The notes beneath the pieces were generated by a model that saw only the letters and a program-made list of their open reading frames with translations, was not told the origin of the DNA and made no database searches. Below are positions 49,734 to 59,808 of a stretch of DNA of 64,000 nucleotides, in pieces. Every line of letters begins with the position of its first letter. The stretch's first letter is position 1. The stretch comes from Thermotogaceae bacterium. Lineage in GTDB: Bacteria; Thermotogota; Thermotogae; B21-G9; HyVt-16. Location: the NCBI GenBank assembly GCA_029981435.1, contig JARRBB010000002.1, positions 1,042 to 65,041 on the forward strand, written 5' to 3'. Made by a program: the position numbers and the translations under genes.

Positions 49734-50231
49734 ATGGCTTTAAGTGATATTCTCGATATTGCTGAAAAATTTGAGATAGAAGGCTATAACTTCTATAAAT
49801 CAAAGAGAGATGAAATAAGAAGTTCCACAGCAAAAGAAACGTTTGATTTTCTTGCTAATATGGAAAAAGAACATACCGAATACATAAGAAGAGTAAAAGA
49901 AAAAATTGAAAATGTTGAAGTAGTTGAAACCAATGACTCTGAAACTACAGAAGAGTTTTTTGAAAAAAGGTTAAAATCTCAAAAGCTCGATGAATCTTTT
50001 TCGAAAGAAAACGATCTCGCTGACCTATCCATTTTAAGAATGGCGCTTTTGATTGAAAAAGATTTCGTAAATTATTACGCCAAAGCATATGAAACTACCG
50101 TTGACGAAAAGGCAAAAAAAATCTTCAAAATGTTGAAAAACTGGGAAGAACAGCATGTAAAATTGGTAGAAGAACTCATAAAAGAAATTTATGACAGAAA
50201 CAGACTTGACTTAGGTTTTTATCCTTTCTAA
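49734..50231 (+). CDS. Rubrerythrin/ferritin-like di-iron protein
   Basis: AEKFE...FY, EKEH, ALLIE...YY, EEQH (two ExxH motifs). Confidence 0.88.
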   Translation: MALSDILDIAEKFEIEGYNFYKSKRDEIRSSTAKETFDFLANMEKEHTEYIRRVKEKIENVEVVETNDSETTEEFFEKRLKSQKLDESFSKENDLADLSILRMALLIEKDFVNYYAKAYETTVDEKAKKIFKMLKNWEEQHVKLVEELIKEIYDRNRLDLGFYPF

Positions 50232-50253
50232 TTTAAACCTGATTGAATATTTT

Positions 50254-50286
50254 GGCGGGCATCACGAGATGCCCGCTTTATTTTTT
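50254..50286 (+). terminator. Intrinsic terminator ending the mbx operon
   Basis: GCGGGCATC-acga-GATGCCCGC followed by TTTATTTTTT. Confidence 0.9.
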
Positions 50287-50427
50287 ATGAATTATCTTGA
50301 GGGGTTGATTCCATATCTGTACAAGCTTGAAAAATAGATTGCCACTTTCTGTTTACTTTTTTGAAAATTTGCTTTATAATTTCTTTAATAAAGTTCGAAC
50401 TCTTTCAAATTTCAAGGAGGACTGTTT

Positions 50428-52200
50428 ATGAAAAAAATTCTTATTTTTTTGCTGCTTGTTGGCACTTTTTTTGTTATTTCTTTAATTTCAGAAGAACCCT
50501 ATATCAACTGGTTTTTAAATTCGAAATTTGAGATTGCTTCAGCGAGAATAGAGCAGATAATGGATAAAGATGGTACTTTCAAAGTTCATGAAATCATAAC
50601 CTATAATATGAGAAAACCTTTTAGAGGAGTTTATAGATATATACCACCGGAAAGATCTGTTGAAATAAGTGATATTAAAGTCTGGACAGAGGGAATAGAA
50701 ACCAAACACGTTGAACTTGAAAAAACTAACAAATCTTTCAGTGCCAGAGTATGGCTCGTACCCTTTGGCAGCAGCCAACAGCTTGATCCAAAAGAATACA
50801 GCAAGGTTGTCTTGCATGTTTCTTACACTGCAAGATATATTTTTGAAACTGGTGAAGATGTTGCCCAGGTTTTTAGACAATTCTGGGGTTCAGATTGGGA
50901 ATCACCCGTAAAAAACATTGAGGGAGTCTTTGTTTTTCCAGAAGATATAAAGCCATTGAAAATTTACACACATCCGAAAACGAAGGTGGAATCCAGTGGA
51001 AATACCTACAAAATTTCAATTTCTAAATTTCCTCCGTATTCATTCGCAGAAGCAAGGTTCATATTTAACCCTGTTAACTTGAAGTATTCTGTTAAATCGG
51101 AATTCACTATGAATGAGATCGAAAGAATAGAGCAAAGTTACTTATCAGGATATCTAATTAGAAAGATTTTACTTATAACAATATATGTTGTTTTTATTCT
51201 GATGCTGATAATGATTTACGCGTTCCTTGGAAAGGAACACAGTATATCTTATCAGGGTATCTATGAACGCGAAATTCCGTTTAGAGATTCACCAGATATT
51301 GTGAACAGCATGGTAAAAAACCTTACCGGGAAAGTTGATCAGGATGGAATGGCATCGATTATAATGAGTCTGTACAAAAAGAATTATATAGACTTCATTC
51401 AAAAAAATAAAAATAAGAGATCTATATTCATCAAAAAAGAGATCGCTGATAATGATCTCGCACATTCAGAAAAGGTGTTTTTAGAATTACTGGTGGAATT
51501 TTCAAGAGACAAAGTATTTGATTTTGAACAGTTAAAAAAAGAATTCAAAAGATCAACTACTAAAGCCCGGCGATTCACTTCGAAACTACGGAAATACGAA
51601 AATACTGTTGCAAGGGAAGTTAAAAAAAGGAAATATCTATCGAATACGGGTAATGTTCTCGCAAAGATAGTAGCCGTGATAATAATGCTTCTTGCAGTTG
51701 TTTTGAAAGAGTTCGTTCCAAAATTTCCGTACAATGATATGTACGATTTCTATTTCATAATGTCAATGATTTACTGGATAAGTGGTTCTTTTGTTTTAGT
51801 ACTTCCAAGAAGTGTCTTCGGAAGGTGGACAAAAATCGGAAGAGAATACTATTTAAAATGGAAGAATTTCGCAAAGTTTCTTACAGATTTTTCAACGCTA
51901 TCACAACATCCACCAGAATCAATCATCTTGTGGGAAGATTATTTGATCTATGCTACTGCACTTGGTATAGCTGATAAAGTTGAAAAGAACCTTAAAAAAC
52001 TCGTACCCGAGGAAATCTGGGAGCAGGAAAGTGAACATCCATACATATATTACATGCCAATGAGTTATTTAAGAAGCGAATTCTCCTCCCTTCGAAGTGT
52101 AGCAGTCTCCTCGACTTCAAGTACTTCCTCTGGTAGCGGTGGAAGCAGTGCTGGTGGAGCTGGTGGAGGTTCTGGAGGTGGAGGAGGTGGAGCATTTTAA
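50428..52200 (+). CDS. DUF2207 family membrane protein
   Basis: DGTFKVHEIITY, WKNFAKFL, LWEDYLIYATALG, Gly/Ser-rich GGGGGAF C-terminus. Confidence 0.9.
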   Translation: MKKILIFLLLVGTFFVISLISEEPYINWFLNSKFEIASARIEQIMDKDGTFKVHEIITYNMRKPFRGVYRYIPPERSVEISDIKVWTEGIETKHVELEKTNKSFSARVWLVPFGSSQQLDPKEYSKVVLHVSYTARYIFETGEDVAQVFRQFWGSDWESPVKNIEGVFVFPEDIKPLKIYTHPKTKVESSGNTYKISISKFPPYSFAEARFIFNPVNLKYSVKSEFTMNEIERIEQSYLSGYLIRKILLITIYVVFILMLIMIYAFLGKEHSISYQGIYEREIPFRDSPDIVNSMVKNLTGKVDQDGMASIIMSLYKKNYIDFIQKNKNKRSIFIKKEIADNDLAHSEKVFLELLVEFSRDKVFDFEQLKKEFKRSTTKARRFTSKLRKYENTVAREVKKRKYLSNTGNVLAKIVAVIIMLLAVVLKEFVPKFPYNDMYDFYFIMSMIYWISGSFVLVLPRSVFGRWTKIGREYYLKWKNFAKFLTDFSTLSQHPPESIILWEDYLIYATALGIADKVEKNLKKLVPEEIWEQESEHPYIYYMPMSYLRSEFSSLRSVAVSSTSSTSSGSGGSSAGGAGGGSGGGGGGAF

Positions 52201-52214
52201 AAAGAAGCCTGATT

Positions 52215-53135
52215 TTGTTTTCAGTAATCCTGATAACAAGTATTTTTATATTAATCCAGAGTTTGAGTAGAGTTGAAATAAGTTTCTATCCTCCAAAACA
52301 TTATTATGTGAATGAAATTGTAGAGATAAAAATAAGTCCGATTCGTTTAGCTTTTTCAGTAAGAGTTTTCAACGGGAACAAAATAGAGGAAAAAGTGAAA
52401 AATGGAAAACTTGATTTGTTTGTTAGAGTTTATCGAAAAACGGAGATTCTGATTTTCAGCTTGATACCTTTGAAGTTAATAAAATTCGAAATACCCTATC
52501 ATGAGGATTACACCGATGATAATTCAAATGGGTTCCCTGATGTATTAGAACTAGATTACAGTGATTCAATTAATTTCAGAAACTGGTTCCTTGAGATTTC
52601 GAAAAGTCAATTTGCAAAGAAATCAAATTTGTGGAAAGATAGGGATTGTTCTGGTTTAATAAGGTTTGCCTATAAAGAAGCCTTAAAAAAACATGATGAA
52701 AACTGGGAAAAAAACTCCGATTTCGTACATCATTCTTCTATTCAGAAACCAGATGTAAAAAAATACAATTATCCCGATATTCCACTCATCGGTACTAAGA
52801 TTTTCAAAATATTGGACTTTGAGTTCGGAGTTTTTGCTGATGCATATCATCTTTTGAAATACAACGTTGATTTTGTTTCAAAAGACTACAAAAAGGCAAA
52901 ATCGGGAGATATTCTTTTTTTCTATCATCCTTCATCTGTAGATATGCCATATCATTCGATGATATATACCGGAGATGGTTTGCTTTATCATACAGGACCT
53001 ATAGAAGATAAAGAAGGCGAATTACGTTATTTAAAGCTCGAGGATGTACTCAAAAATTTTCCTCTGGATTGGCAACCATTGCCATCGAACAACAAATTTC
53101 TCGGTTTTTTCAAATTTAAAATATTGAGTTACTGA
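52215..53135 (+). CDS. DUF1175 (YfaT-like) protein with NlpC/P60-like Cys-His motifs
   Basis: FRNWF, RDCSGLIRFAY, GDILFF, YHSMIY, YHTG, WQP...NNKFLG. Confidence 0.82.
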   Translation: MFSVILITSIFILIQSLSRVEISFYPPKHYYVNEIVEIKISPIRLAFSVRVFNGNKIEEKVKNGKLDLFVRVYRKTEILIFSLIPLKLIKFEIPYHEDYTDDNSNGFPDVLELDYSDSINFRNWFLEISKSQFAKKSNLWKDRDCSGLIRFAYKEALKKHDENWEKNSDFVHHSSIQKPDVKKYNYPDIPLIGTKIFKILDFEFGVFADAYHLLKYNVDFVSKDYKKAKSGDILFFYHPSSVDMPYHSMIYTGDGLLYHTGPIEDKEGELRYLKLEDVLKNFPLDWQPLPSNNKFLGFFKFKILSY

Positions 53136-53146
53136 GAGGTGAAAAT

Positions 53147-56100
53147 ATGACATTTAAGAGAGGAATATCTATATTCTTTTTCCTGTTTTTGTTTTGTACT
53201 CTTTCATATTCAAATGTTTATTTGCAATCTTTCATAACAATTCATGGAGAAGGCAGCTTTAATTTCTATCAAAGTTCTGAAAAGGCAGAAAAAGTTGAAA
53301 TGGTTATGTATAAAATCACGCTTCAAGAGATGATTAGATATTTCAAAGATGGCAAACTACCATTTTCGTGGTTTAATAAACCTTTTCTTAAAAAGATCTG
53401 GAACGTTGAAGGTAAAAAATGGAATTCAATAAGAGTGAATACCGATAAGCTGGATTATGGTATTTACATGGTCATTGTGAAATCCGATGAAGATACAGCA
53501 ATATCAATACTTTCAAAAACAAGAATCTTGGGGAAAATAATCTATCTTGAGGACTCAGCTTTTTTGAAATTTTACGACATAATAACAGGGGAATTTTTGA
53601 AAGATACCACCATTTATGCTTTGGATCAAGATGGTGAAGTTGAAGTCATTGGTAAGACTGATTCAAAAGGTGAAATTGTGATTGAAAAGGAAAACAACGA
53701 GGGTAAACTCATTTTTATAGAATATGAAGGAGCACTTTTCAGCTTTTTGGACTGGCCATATTATTTCGAAAACAATCATACCCTCTCATTTTTTACTGAT
53801 AGGCCCATATACAAACCAGGAGATACCATAAAATTCGGTGGAATCATCAGGGAAAAATCAGACAATAATCAAACCAAAGTACCTGCGGGCAAAAAAATCA
53901 GGATTGAAATAACTGATTCAAACGATAGAAAATTTTATGATAAAGAACTTCAATTAGATGATTTCGGAATTTTTGAAGATTCTTTCGAAACCTTTCAGGA
54001 GATAAAGCGCGGAAGTTATTCGGTAAAAATTACCGTCGATGATTCAAGCTTTTGGAGAACATTCAGAATCGAGGACTATGTGAAACCGAAATTCGAGGTG
54101 AAATTGTTCGGGAAAGAACGGTTCAAGGCAGAAAACTTAGCAAAGTTCAAGGTTGTTGCGAAATACTATTATGGTTCACCATTAAATAATGTTGATTTTG
54201 GATATACCGTATACATGTTGAAAAATTACGAAAAGGTTTTTTATGATAGTGGAATAGCAAGATTGAATTCAAACGGAGAAGCGGAGATACCAATTCAATT
54301 TTCTGATATTACGACTCCAACCAAGTTTGTTATTTCCGTAAAAATAAGTGATGAAAGTGGTGCAGAAGTTGAAGAAGAGAAAGAATTCACCGTCTATCCT
54401 TATGATTTCTATGTAGAATCTGAATATGACTTCTATGTGAAACTTGGAGAAAAATTTCAGCTGGATCTTTCCGTAAAAGATTTGAATTCCACTCCTGTAT
54501 CGACGGATTTGTTGATACTTATAAAGTCGGATTCGACAACATCTCTTCGAGTCTTAGCAAAGAGTGATGAAAATGGGAAGGCATTTTTCGAGTATCTTCC
54601 AAATAAATCTGGAAGATATGAGTTTGAGATCTGGACTCTGGGCGAAAAGAAAGCAAGGTTATTCAAAGGAAATTTCCTAGTCTACAAATCCTACTATCAA
54701 ACCGTTCTTAAGGAACAATTTAGAATCAATCTTCTATCCGAAAAGATAATTCCTGGAAATTTCTTAACTCTCGAGTTGTTTGCACCATTTGAAGAGTTGA
54801 GTGCGAAACTGGTTATATTTGCAGACAACTGGACGAAATTTCTGGATGTTGATTTCAAAGATGGCAAAGCGTTGATAAAGCAACTTCTGCCAGATGAGAT
54901 ACTATCCAACAATATTTCGATTTTAGTTTTTGCTGCAAAAGCCGGTAGGAAACTGGAGCTGTATCGAAGTTATGGAATTTCAAAAGAAGCACTAACATTT
55001 GAGCTTGAAATTAAAACCGACAAAGAAATCTATTTACCTGGCAAAGAAGTACAATTATCCATTGTCAGTGAGGAAAAAGAAGCCGAGTTCTTTGCTGCGA
55101 TTGTAGACAAAGCTGTTCTCGATTTAACAGGTTTAGAGAACTTCTGGTTACAAGAAATCCAGCGGATATACGATTATTATTCTGGCCGAGTTTTTAGAGA
55201 TTTTGAATCTTATTCATGGGAATTGAGAGAATTTTTTAGCTTAATGACGGATGAAAAAGCTCAAGAATTGCTTGCACAAATTAAGAGTTCAGGAGTAGCA
55301 TTGAGATCGAACTTCAACGATACTGCACTTTGGTTTCCTAAATTAAGAACAGCTAAGAATGGGAAAGCAACTGTGCGGTTTAAACTACCTGATAATCTTA
55401 CAACATGGAAAATCCTGGTGGTTGGTATAAATAAAGAAGGCAAATACGGCTACAACGATAAAGAAATAAGAACTACAAAGGATATCGTTCTAACCCCAAT
55501 ACTGCCTGAATACCTTCTGGAAAAAGATGTAGTGAACATTGGAATGATGATAAACAACAATACTGAAGAAGGACAAAATTTTGAACTATTATGCCAGGCA
55601 GATGAATATGAATTTTATGATGATTTGTTCGTTCCAGAGAATTCGCGTGGAGTAATAAATTTTGTTTACGAAGTGCCATCGAACGAATCAAAGGTTAGTT
55701 TTAAAATGATCGCAGAATCGACCTCAACAGGCTTGGGAGATGGTGTTGTCGTTTCAAGAGAAATAAAACCACTCGTATTTGTAAAAAATTCAAAAAGATC
55801 AGGTGTGCTAAACAATCAAACAAACCAAATAGATCTTCCATCTGGTAAGTTCAACGGTGTTCTTTCAATATCTTCTGATATACTTGGAATGCTTGTTGAT
55901 TCTATAGAACAGCTTGTCGGTTATCCATATGGTTGTGTTGAACAAACCATGAGTAAATTTTTACCGACAATAATATACAAAAAACTATTGAGAAAAAGCC
56001 AGAGAGATTTTGTTGTTTCAATGGCATCAGAAGAAATAGATAAAATGATAGAGAGTTCTCTAAAAAGACTTTACAGTTTTCAACACTCTGATGGTGGATG

Positions 56101-57547
56101 GGGATGGTGGAAAAACGATGATACCTCATCTTTCATGACTGCTTATGTACTCCACGGGTTTCATATAGCCATAAAAGAAGGATACAAAATAAACGAAGAT
56201 GTTTTAAAAGAGGGATTGAACGCTTTGAAAAAGCTTCTAACCGAAAAAGACGACTCTTTCTTCTATTACATGCTATATGTACTCAGTATATATGGGAAAA
56301 ATAGTTTGAAACAGATAACTTTAAAAGACATTGAAAAAGATTATGAGAAAGTACTATATCTTTTGGTGCAATTAAGAACAAGCACAGAAAAAGAACCAAT
56401 CTTCAAGAATTTACTCGAAAAGGCAGGCAACTACGATCATATAAAATTGGACGAGACTCCATATTTTCTTGATGAAGTACAACTGAACGCTTTGGTTTTA
56501 CAGGAACTTTTCAGTATTGAAAAACCAACCGATGAAATAGCAAAATTTCGCGAACTATTGACAAATTACCTTATCAATAAACGAGTAGGAAGAACCTGGA
56601 AAAACACCAAACAATCGGCTTTCTGTGTTTTAGCATTGTCTAATTTAAACCTAACTACTCAGAACGGAGTTTATGCAGAAATAAAAATCAACAGCACAGA
56701 AAAATTCAAAGGTAAAATAACGGGAATTCTTCAAATACCTGTTGAAGCAGAAAATGTGTCTATTTACATGAATACAGATGAAATTCTTTTCTGGGGTCTG
56801 GATGGTGGCATGCCGATACCACTTGAAACTTATAAACCAATTTCTTCAAAATTTGCAATGACAAGAGAAATACAGAAAAGAACAAAGGTTAAAATAGATA
56901 AACAAGATATCTCTGTTTTTGTTCCGATAAAAAATAGATTCGTTGTTGAAAGTATTGAAACAATAAAAGCACCTGTATCCGAAGCAACTGTTTCTCATTT
57001 TTATCTTAACAATATGAATTCAAATGCCTTCATACTTCCAGATGGATCACTGATTTTCAACAACGAATACACAGGGCTAAAATTAAAAGGAGGTTTGATA
57101 GAACTCGACGAAGATAGTCTGACAATTTTAGGATCAATTTTTAGAGACAATATACAATTAACTGATAAAGGCATTTACAAATTGAAATTCACGGAAAATT
57201 CTCCAATAAAAATTGGCGATATATTGAGAAGCCAGATAAAATTTTTTGGTTCGGGAGATTACATTGTGGTTGAAGACCCGATACCATCAGCAGCTATCCC
57301 AATAAGAAATTATAGAGAAAGGGTCTTGAGAAAATTTTTTACAGATGATTTCCGATATTCAGAAAAAGAATTACGAAAAGATGGAACTCTAATATTTTTA
57401 CAGAGAATGCAGAACCACGTTTTGTACAATTATTATAGAATAATGTTATCTGGTAAATTCACTATCCTCCCTGCCAAAGCATGGGAAATGTATGAACCTG
57501 AGAATTTAGTAAGTTCCGAAATTGAAACGATAGAGGTGGAATTTTGA
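53147..57547 (+). CDS. Bacterial alpha-2-macroglobulin (YfaS/MagD-like)
   Basis: FTDRPIYKPGD (MG2), DYVKPKFEV, FKLPDNLTTW, thioester motif YPYGCVEQTMS, QHSDGGWGWW, C-terminal EMYEPE. Confidence 0.93.
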   Translation: MTFKRGISIFFFLFLFCTLSYSNVYLQSFITIHGEGSFNFYQSSEKAEKVEMVMYKITLQEMIRYFKDGKLPFSWFNKPFLKKIWNVEGKKWNSIRVNTDKLDYGIYMVIVKSDEDTAISILSKTRILGKIIYLEDSAFLKFYDIITGEFLKDTTIYALDQDGEVEVIGKTDSKGEIVIEKENNEGKLIFIEYEGALFSFLDWPYYFENNHTLSFFTDRPIYKPGDTIKFGGIIREKSDNNQTKVPAGKKIRIEITDSNDRKFYDKELQLDDFGIFEDSFETFQEIKRGSYSVKITVDDSSFWRTFRIEDYVKPKFEVKLFGKERFKAENLAKFKVVAKYYYGSPLNNVDFGYTVYMLKNYEKVFYDSGIARLNSNGEAEIPIQFSDITTPTKFVISVKISDESGAEVEEEKEFTVYPYDFYVESEYDFYVKLGEKFQLDLSVKDLNSTPVSTDLLILIKSDSTTSLRVLAKSDENGKAFFEYLPNKSGRYEFEIWTLGEKKARLFKGNFLVYKSYYQTVLKEQFRINLLSEKIIPGNFLTLELFAPFEELSAKLVIFADNWTKFLDVDFKDGKALIKQLLPDEILSNNISILVFAAKAGRKLELYRSYGISKEALTFELEIKTDKEIYLPGKEVQLSIVSEEKEAEFFAAIVDKAVLDLTGLENFWLQEIQRIYDYYSGRVFRDFESYSWELREFFSLMTDEKAQELLAQIKSSGVALRSNFNDTALWFPKLRTAKNGKATVRFKLPDNLTTWKILVVGINKEGKYGYNDKEIRTTKDIVLTPILPEYLLEKDVVNIGMMINNNTEEGQNFELLCQADEYEFYDDLFVPENSRGVINFVYEVPSNESKVSFKMIAESTSTGLGDGVVVSREIKPLVFVKNSKRSGVLNNQTNQIDLPSGKFNGVLSISSDILGMLVDSIEQLVGYPYGCVEQTMSKFLPTIIYKKLLRKSQRDFVVSMASEEIDKMIESSLKRLYSFQHSDGGWGWWKNDDTSSFMTAYVLHGFHIAIKEGYKINEDVLKEGLNALKKLLTEKDDSFFYYMLYVLSIYGKNSLKQITLKDIEKDYEKVLYLLVQLRTSTEKEPIFKNLLEKAGNYDHIKLDETPYFLDEVQLNALVLQELFSIEKPTDEIAKFRELLTNYLINKRVGRTWKNTKQSAFCVLALSNLNLTTQNGVYAEIKINSTEKFKGKITGILQIPVEAENVSIYMNTDEILFWGLDGGMPIPLETYKPISSKFAMTREIQKRTKVKIDKQDISVFVPIKNRFVVESIETIKAPVSEATVSHFYLNNMNSNAFILPDGSLIFNNEYTGLKLKGGLIELDEDSLTILGSIFRDNIQLTDKGIYKLKFTENSPIKIGDILRSQIKFFGSGDYIVVEDPIPSAAIPIRNYRERVLRKFFTDDFRYSEKELRKDGTLIFLQRMQNHVLYNYYRIMLSGKFTILPAKAWEMYEPENLVSSEIETIEVEF

Positions 57548-58056
57548 GAATCTTTCCAATATCCGTATTTTTGATTTTAATAGCGATAATCAATTTTGGT
57601 TTCAGATCTTTTGAAATAAATCCTTTTGATTATCTGAATGAAAGAGATTTGAAAATTCTAAAAGCTTTGGGTTTGAATCTTGAAAATATTCCAGAACAGA
57701 TTTTGGTAATAGAAACTGATAACTTATCAGAATTTGTCAATATTTCGAATGCTCCACATTTTTTATCGGCAATAACCAGAGACGGTAAGATATTTATTCA
57801 GAATAAGAATTATCTTTTAAAGAAATTTGATAAAACTTTGAAACATGAGGTTCTTCATGTAATATTGCATGCACTGGATTTGCCATATTTTTTAGAGGAA
57901 GGACTGGTGTGCGAATTAACTGAGGAATGGAAAGGTAGAAAGAGAAGTATAATAAATGTAGAGAACACAAACTACACTGAACTTAGAACACTGTGGGAGT
58001 TGGAATCTTATTCTTATTCTTGTTGGATAAAAATTAAAGAGATCTTTGGATTCTAA
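57544..58056 (+). CDS. Small exported protein with HExxH...EEG zincin-like motif
   Basis: LKHEVLHVILH...FLEEGL; hydrophobic N-terminus; overlaps the A2M stop codon. Confidence 0.7.
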   Translation: MRIFPISVFLILIAIINFGFRSFEINPFDYLNERDLKILKALGLNLENIPEQILVIETDNLSEFVNISNAPHFLSAITRDGKIFIQNKNYLLKKFDKTLKHEVLHVILHALDLPYFLEEGLVCELTEEWKGRKRSIINVENTNYTELRTLWELESYSYSCWIKIKEIFGF

Positions 58057-58100
58057 ATTTCTTGAATTACTTTTTGGTTATGTAAAACTTATCGTGATAT

Positions 58101-58116
58101 ACTTTCAATTGAAAGT
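58101..58116. promoter_or_regulatory. Perfect 16-bp palindrome overlapping a probable extended -10 (candidate operator)
   Basis: ACTTTCAATTGAAAGT; TGATATACT at 58095-58103. Confidence 0.5.
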
Positions 58117-58153
58117 GATTTCTATACAAGTAATTTTAAGGAGGTAAAGGAGG

Positions 58154-59746
58154 ATGCATAAAAAGAAATTCCTTGTTTTGATTCTAACTATTTTTATCGT
58201 AGTGGCTTTTGTAGTAACCTCGTGTGACCTTATAAAAAAAGAAACACCTAAACAAACGAATACTGCTCCCAATGAGCCTTCCTCTCCTGTTCCAGCAGAT
58301 GGTGCTACCAGCGTTTCAATAAACACATTGCTCAGCTGGGTTTGTTCTGATCCCGATGGTGATGTCTTAAGTTACGATTTGTATTTCGGCGAAAATGAAC
58401 AGAATCTTGTTTTGAAGGCATCAAATTTGACTTCAAACAGTTATCAACTGAGCAATCTTGAGTATTCAAAAACATATTACTGGAAAGTAGTCGCAAAGGA
58501 TACCGATGGTAAATCAGCCATCGGACCGGTATGGTCTTTCACTACAGAACCTCATCCAAACAGAGCGCCTAAATTTTCAACGCTTTCGCCATTGAACAAT
58601 TCAAACAACGTTCCTTTGGATGTCTTTTTGTCTTGGAATGCATATGATGAAGATGGTGATACTGTAACTTACGATATATACTTTGGAACCAATCCAAACC
58701 CATCGCTCATAAAACAGAATGTCCCAGTTGAAACCTTCCAACCTATAACGGAATTTGAGCTCAGTTACAACACTTATTATTACTGGAAAGTTGTGGCAAA
58801 AGACACAAAAGGTGCTCAAACAAGTAGCGATGTGATGGTTTTCAAAACTCAAATGCCGCCTAACAATCCGCCTGTAACTCCTTCTAACGGTTGGCCCTCG
58901 AATGTCACAAATATGCCACTTGATTTAACACTTTCTTGGACATGTTCAGATCCCGATGGTGATAACCTAACGTATGATCTGTATTTTGGTACAAGCTCAA
59001 ATCCATCAAAGATTTTGAATAATTACAGTGGTAATAGTTACACACTTCACAGTCTCAATGGTAACACAACATATTACTGGAAAGTTGTGGCGAAAGATGG
59101 AAAAGGTGGGGTAACATCAGGACCTGTATGGTCTTTTACAACCTTAGGAAATAATTCTCCAAATGCTTTTAATTTAATTAATCCATCAAATGGCCAGACA
59201 AATGTGCCGGTGAACGGAGTAACTTTGCAATGGAATCCATCGACAGATCAAGATGGTGACTCGGTATATTATGATCTGTATTTCGGCACCAATCCTAACC
59301 CACCTCTTTACGCAGGACATCTTTACGGCACAAGTTATGCATTACCAAGATTGAATTACAGCACAACTTATTACTGGAAAGTAATCGCAAGGGATGGAAA
59401 GGGTGGCAGTACAAGTTCTGGCGTGAGTAGCTTCACAACTGATGCAAACCAGGCTCCACAAATAAACTCCATGCAACCTTCAAATAATTCAAACAATCAA
59501 TTGAGAGCCAATTTAGCTTTGAACTGGAGTGTAACTGACCCCAACAACGATAACTGGACAGTTGATGTTTACCTTGGGACTAATCCGGTTAACCTCCAGA
59601 AAATAGCGGATGGTTTGACTGGTAACAGTTACGTTATAAAAGATGTTTTGGCAGCTAATACCACTTATTACTGGCAAATCGTTGTGAAGGATCAAGGAGG
59701 TCTTTCAACGACATCTTCTTTATATAATTTCACGACTGGAAAATAA
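58154..59746 (+). CDS. Lipoprotein made of five tandem fibronectin type III-like modules
   Basis: Lipobox-like VVTSC; five ~98-aa repeats NxxP...LxW...D(P)DGD...YDLYFG...YYWKVVAKD...FTT. Confidence 0.88.
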   Translation: MHKKKFLVLILTIFIVVAFVVTSCDLIKKETPKQTNTAPNEPSSPVPADGATSVSINTLLSWVCSDPDGDVLSYDLYFGENEQNLVLKASNLTSNSYQLSNLEYSKTYYWKVVAKDTDGKSAIGPVWSFTTEPHPNRAPKFSTLSPLNNSNNVPLDVFLSWNAYDEDGDTVTYDIYFGTNPNPSLIKQNVPVETFQPITEFELSYNTYYYWKVVAKDTKGAQTSSDVMVFKTQMPPNNPPVTPSNGWPSNVTNMPLDLTLSWTCSDPDGDNLTYDLYFGTSSNPSKILNNYSGNSYTLHSLNGNTTYYWKVVAKDGKGGVTSGPVWSFTTLGNNSPNAFNLINPSNGQTNVPVNGVTLQWNPSTDQDGDSVYYDLYFGTNPNPPLYAGHLYGTSYALPRLNYSTTYYWKVIARDGKGGSTSSGVSSFTTDANQAPQINSMQPSNNSNNQLRANLALNWSVTDPNNDNWTVDVYLGTNPVNLQKIADGLTGNSYVIKDVLAANTTYYWQIVVKDQGGLSTTSSLYNFTTGK

Positions 59747-59772
59747 TCTTTCAACAAGAAACTTTTTAATTT

Positions 59773-59808
59773 AATATCCCCCGATTTTCGGGGGATATTT
59801 TATTTTTT
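59773..59808. terminator. Bidirectional terminator between the lipoprotein gene and uvrC
   Basis: AATATCCCCCG-atttt-CGGGGGATATT followed by a T-tract. Confidence 0.88.

Noticed and set aside
50392-50401. AGTTCGAACT palindrome upstream of the DUF2207 gene
   Set aside because: Only 10 bp, expected by chance, and it matches no operator I recognise.
52100-52200. GGT/GGA-rich low-complexity tract
   Set aside because: It encodes the normal Gly/Ser tail of DUF2207 proteins.
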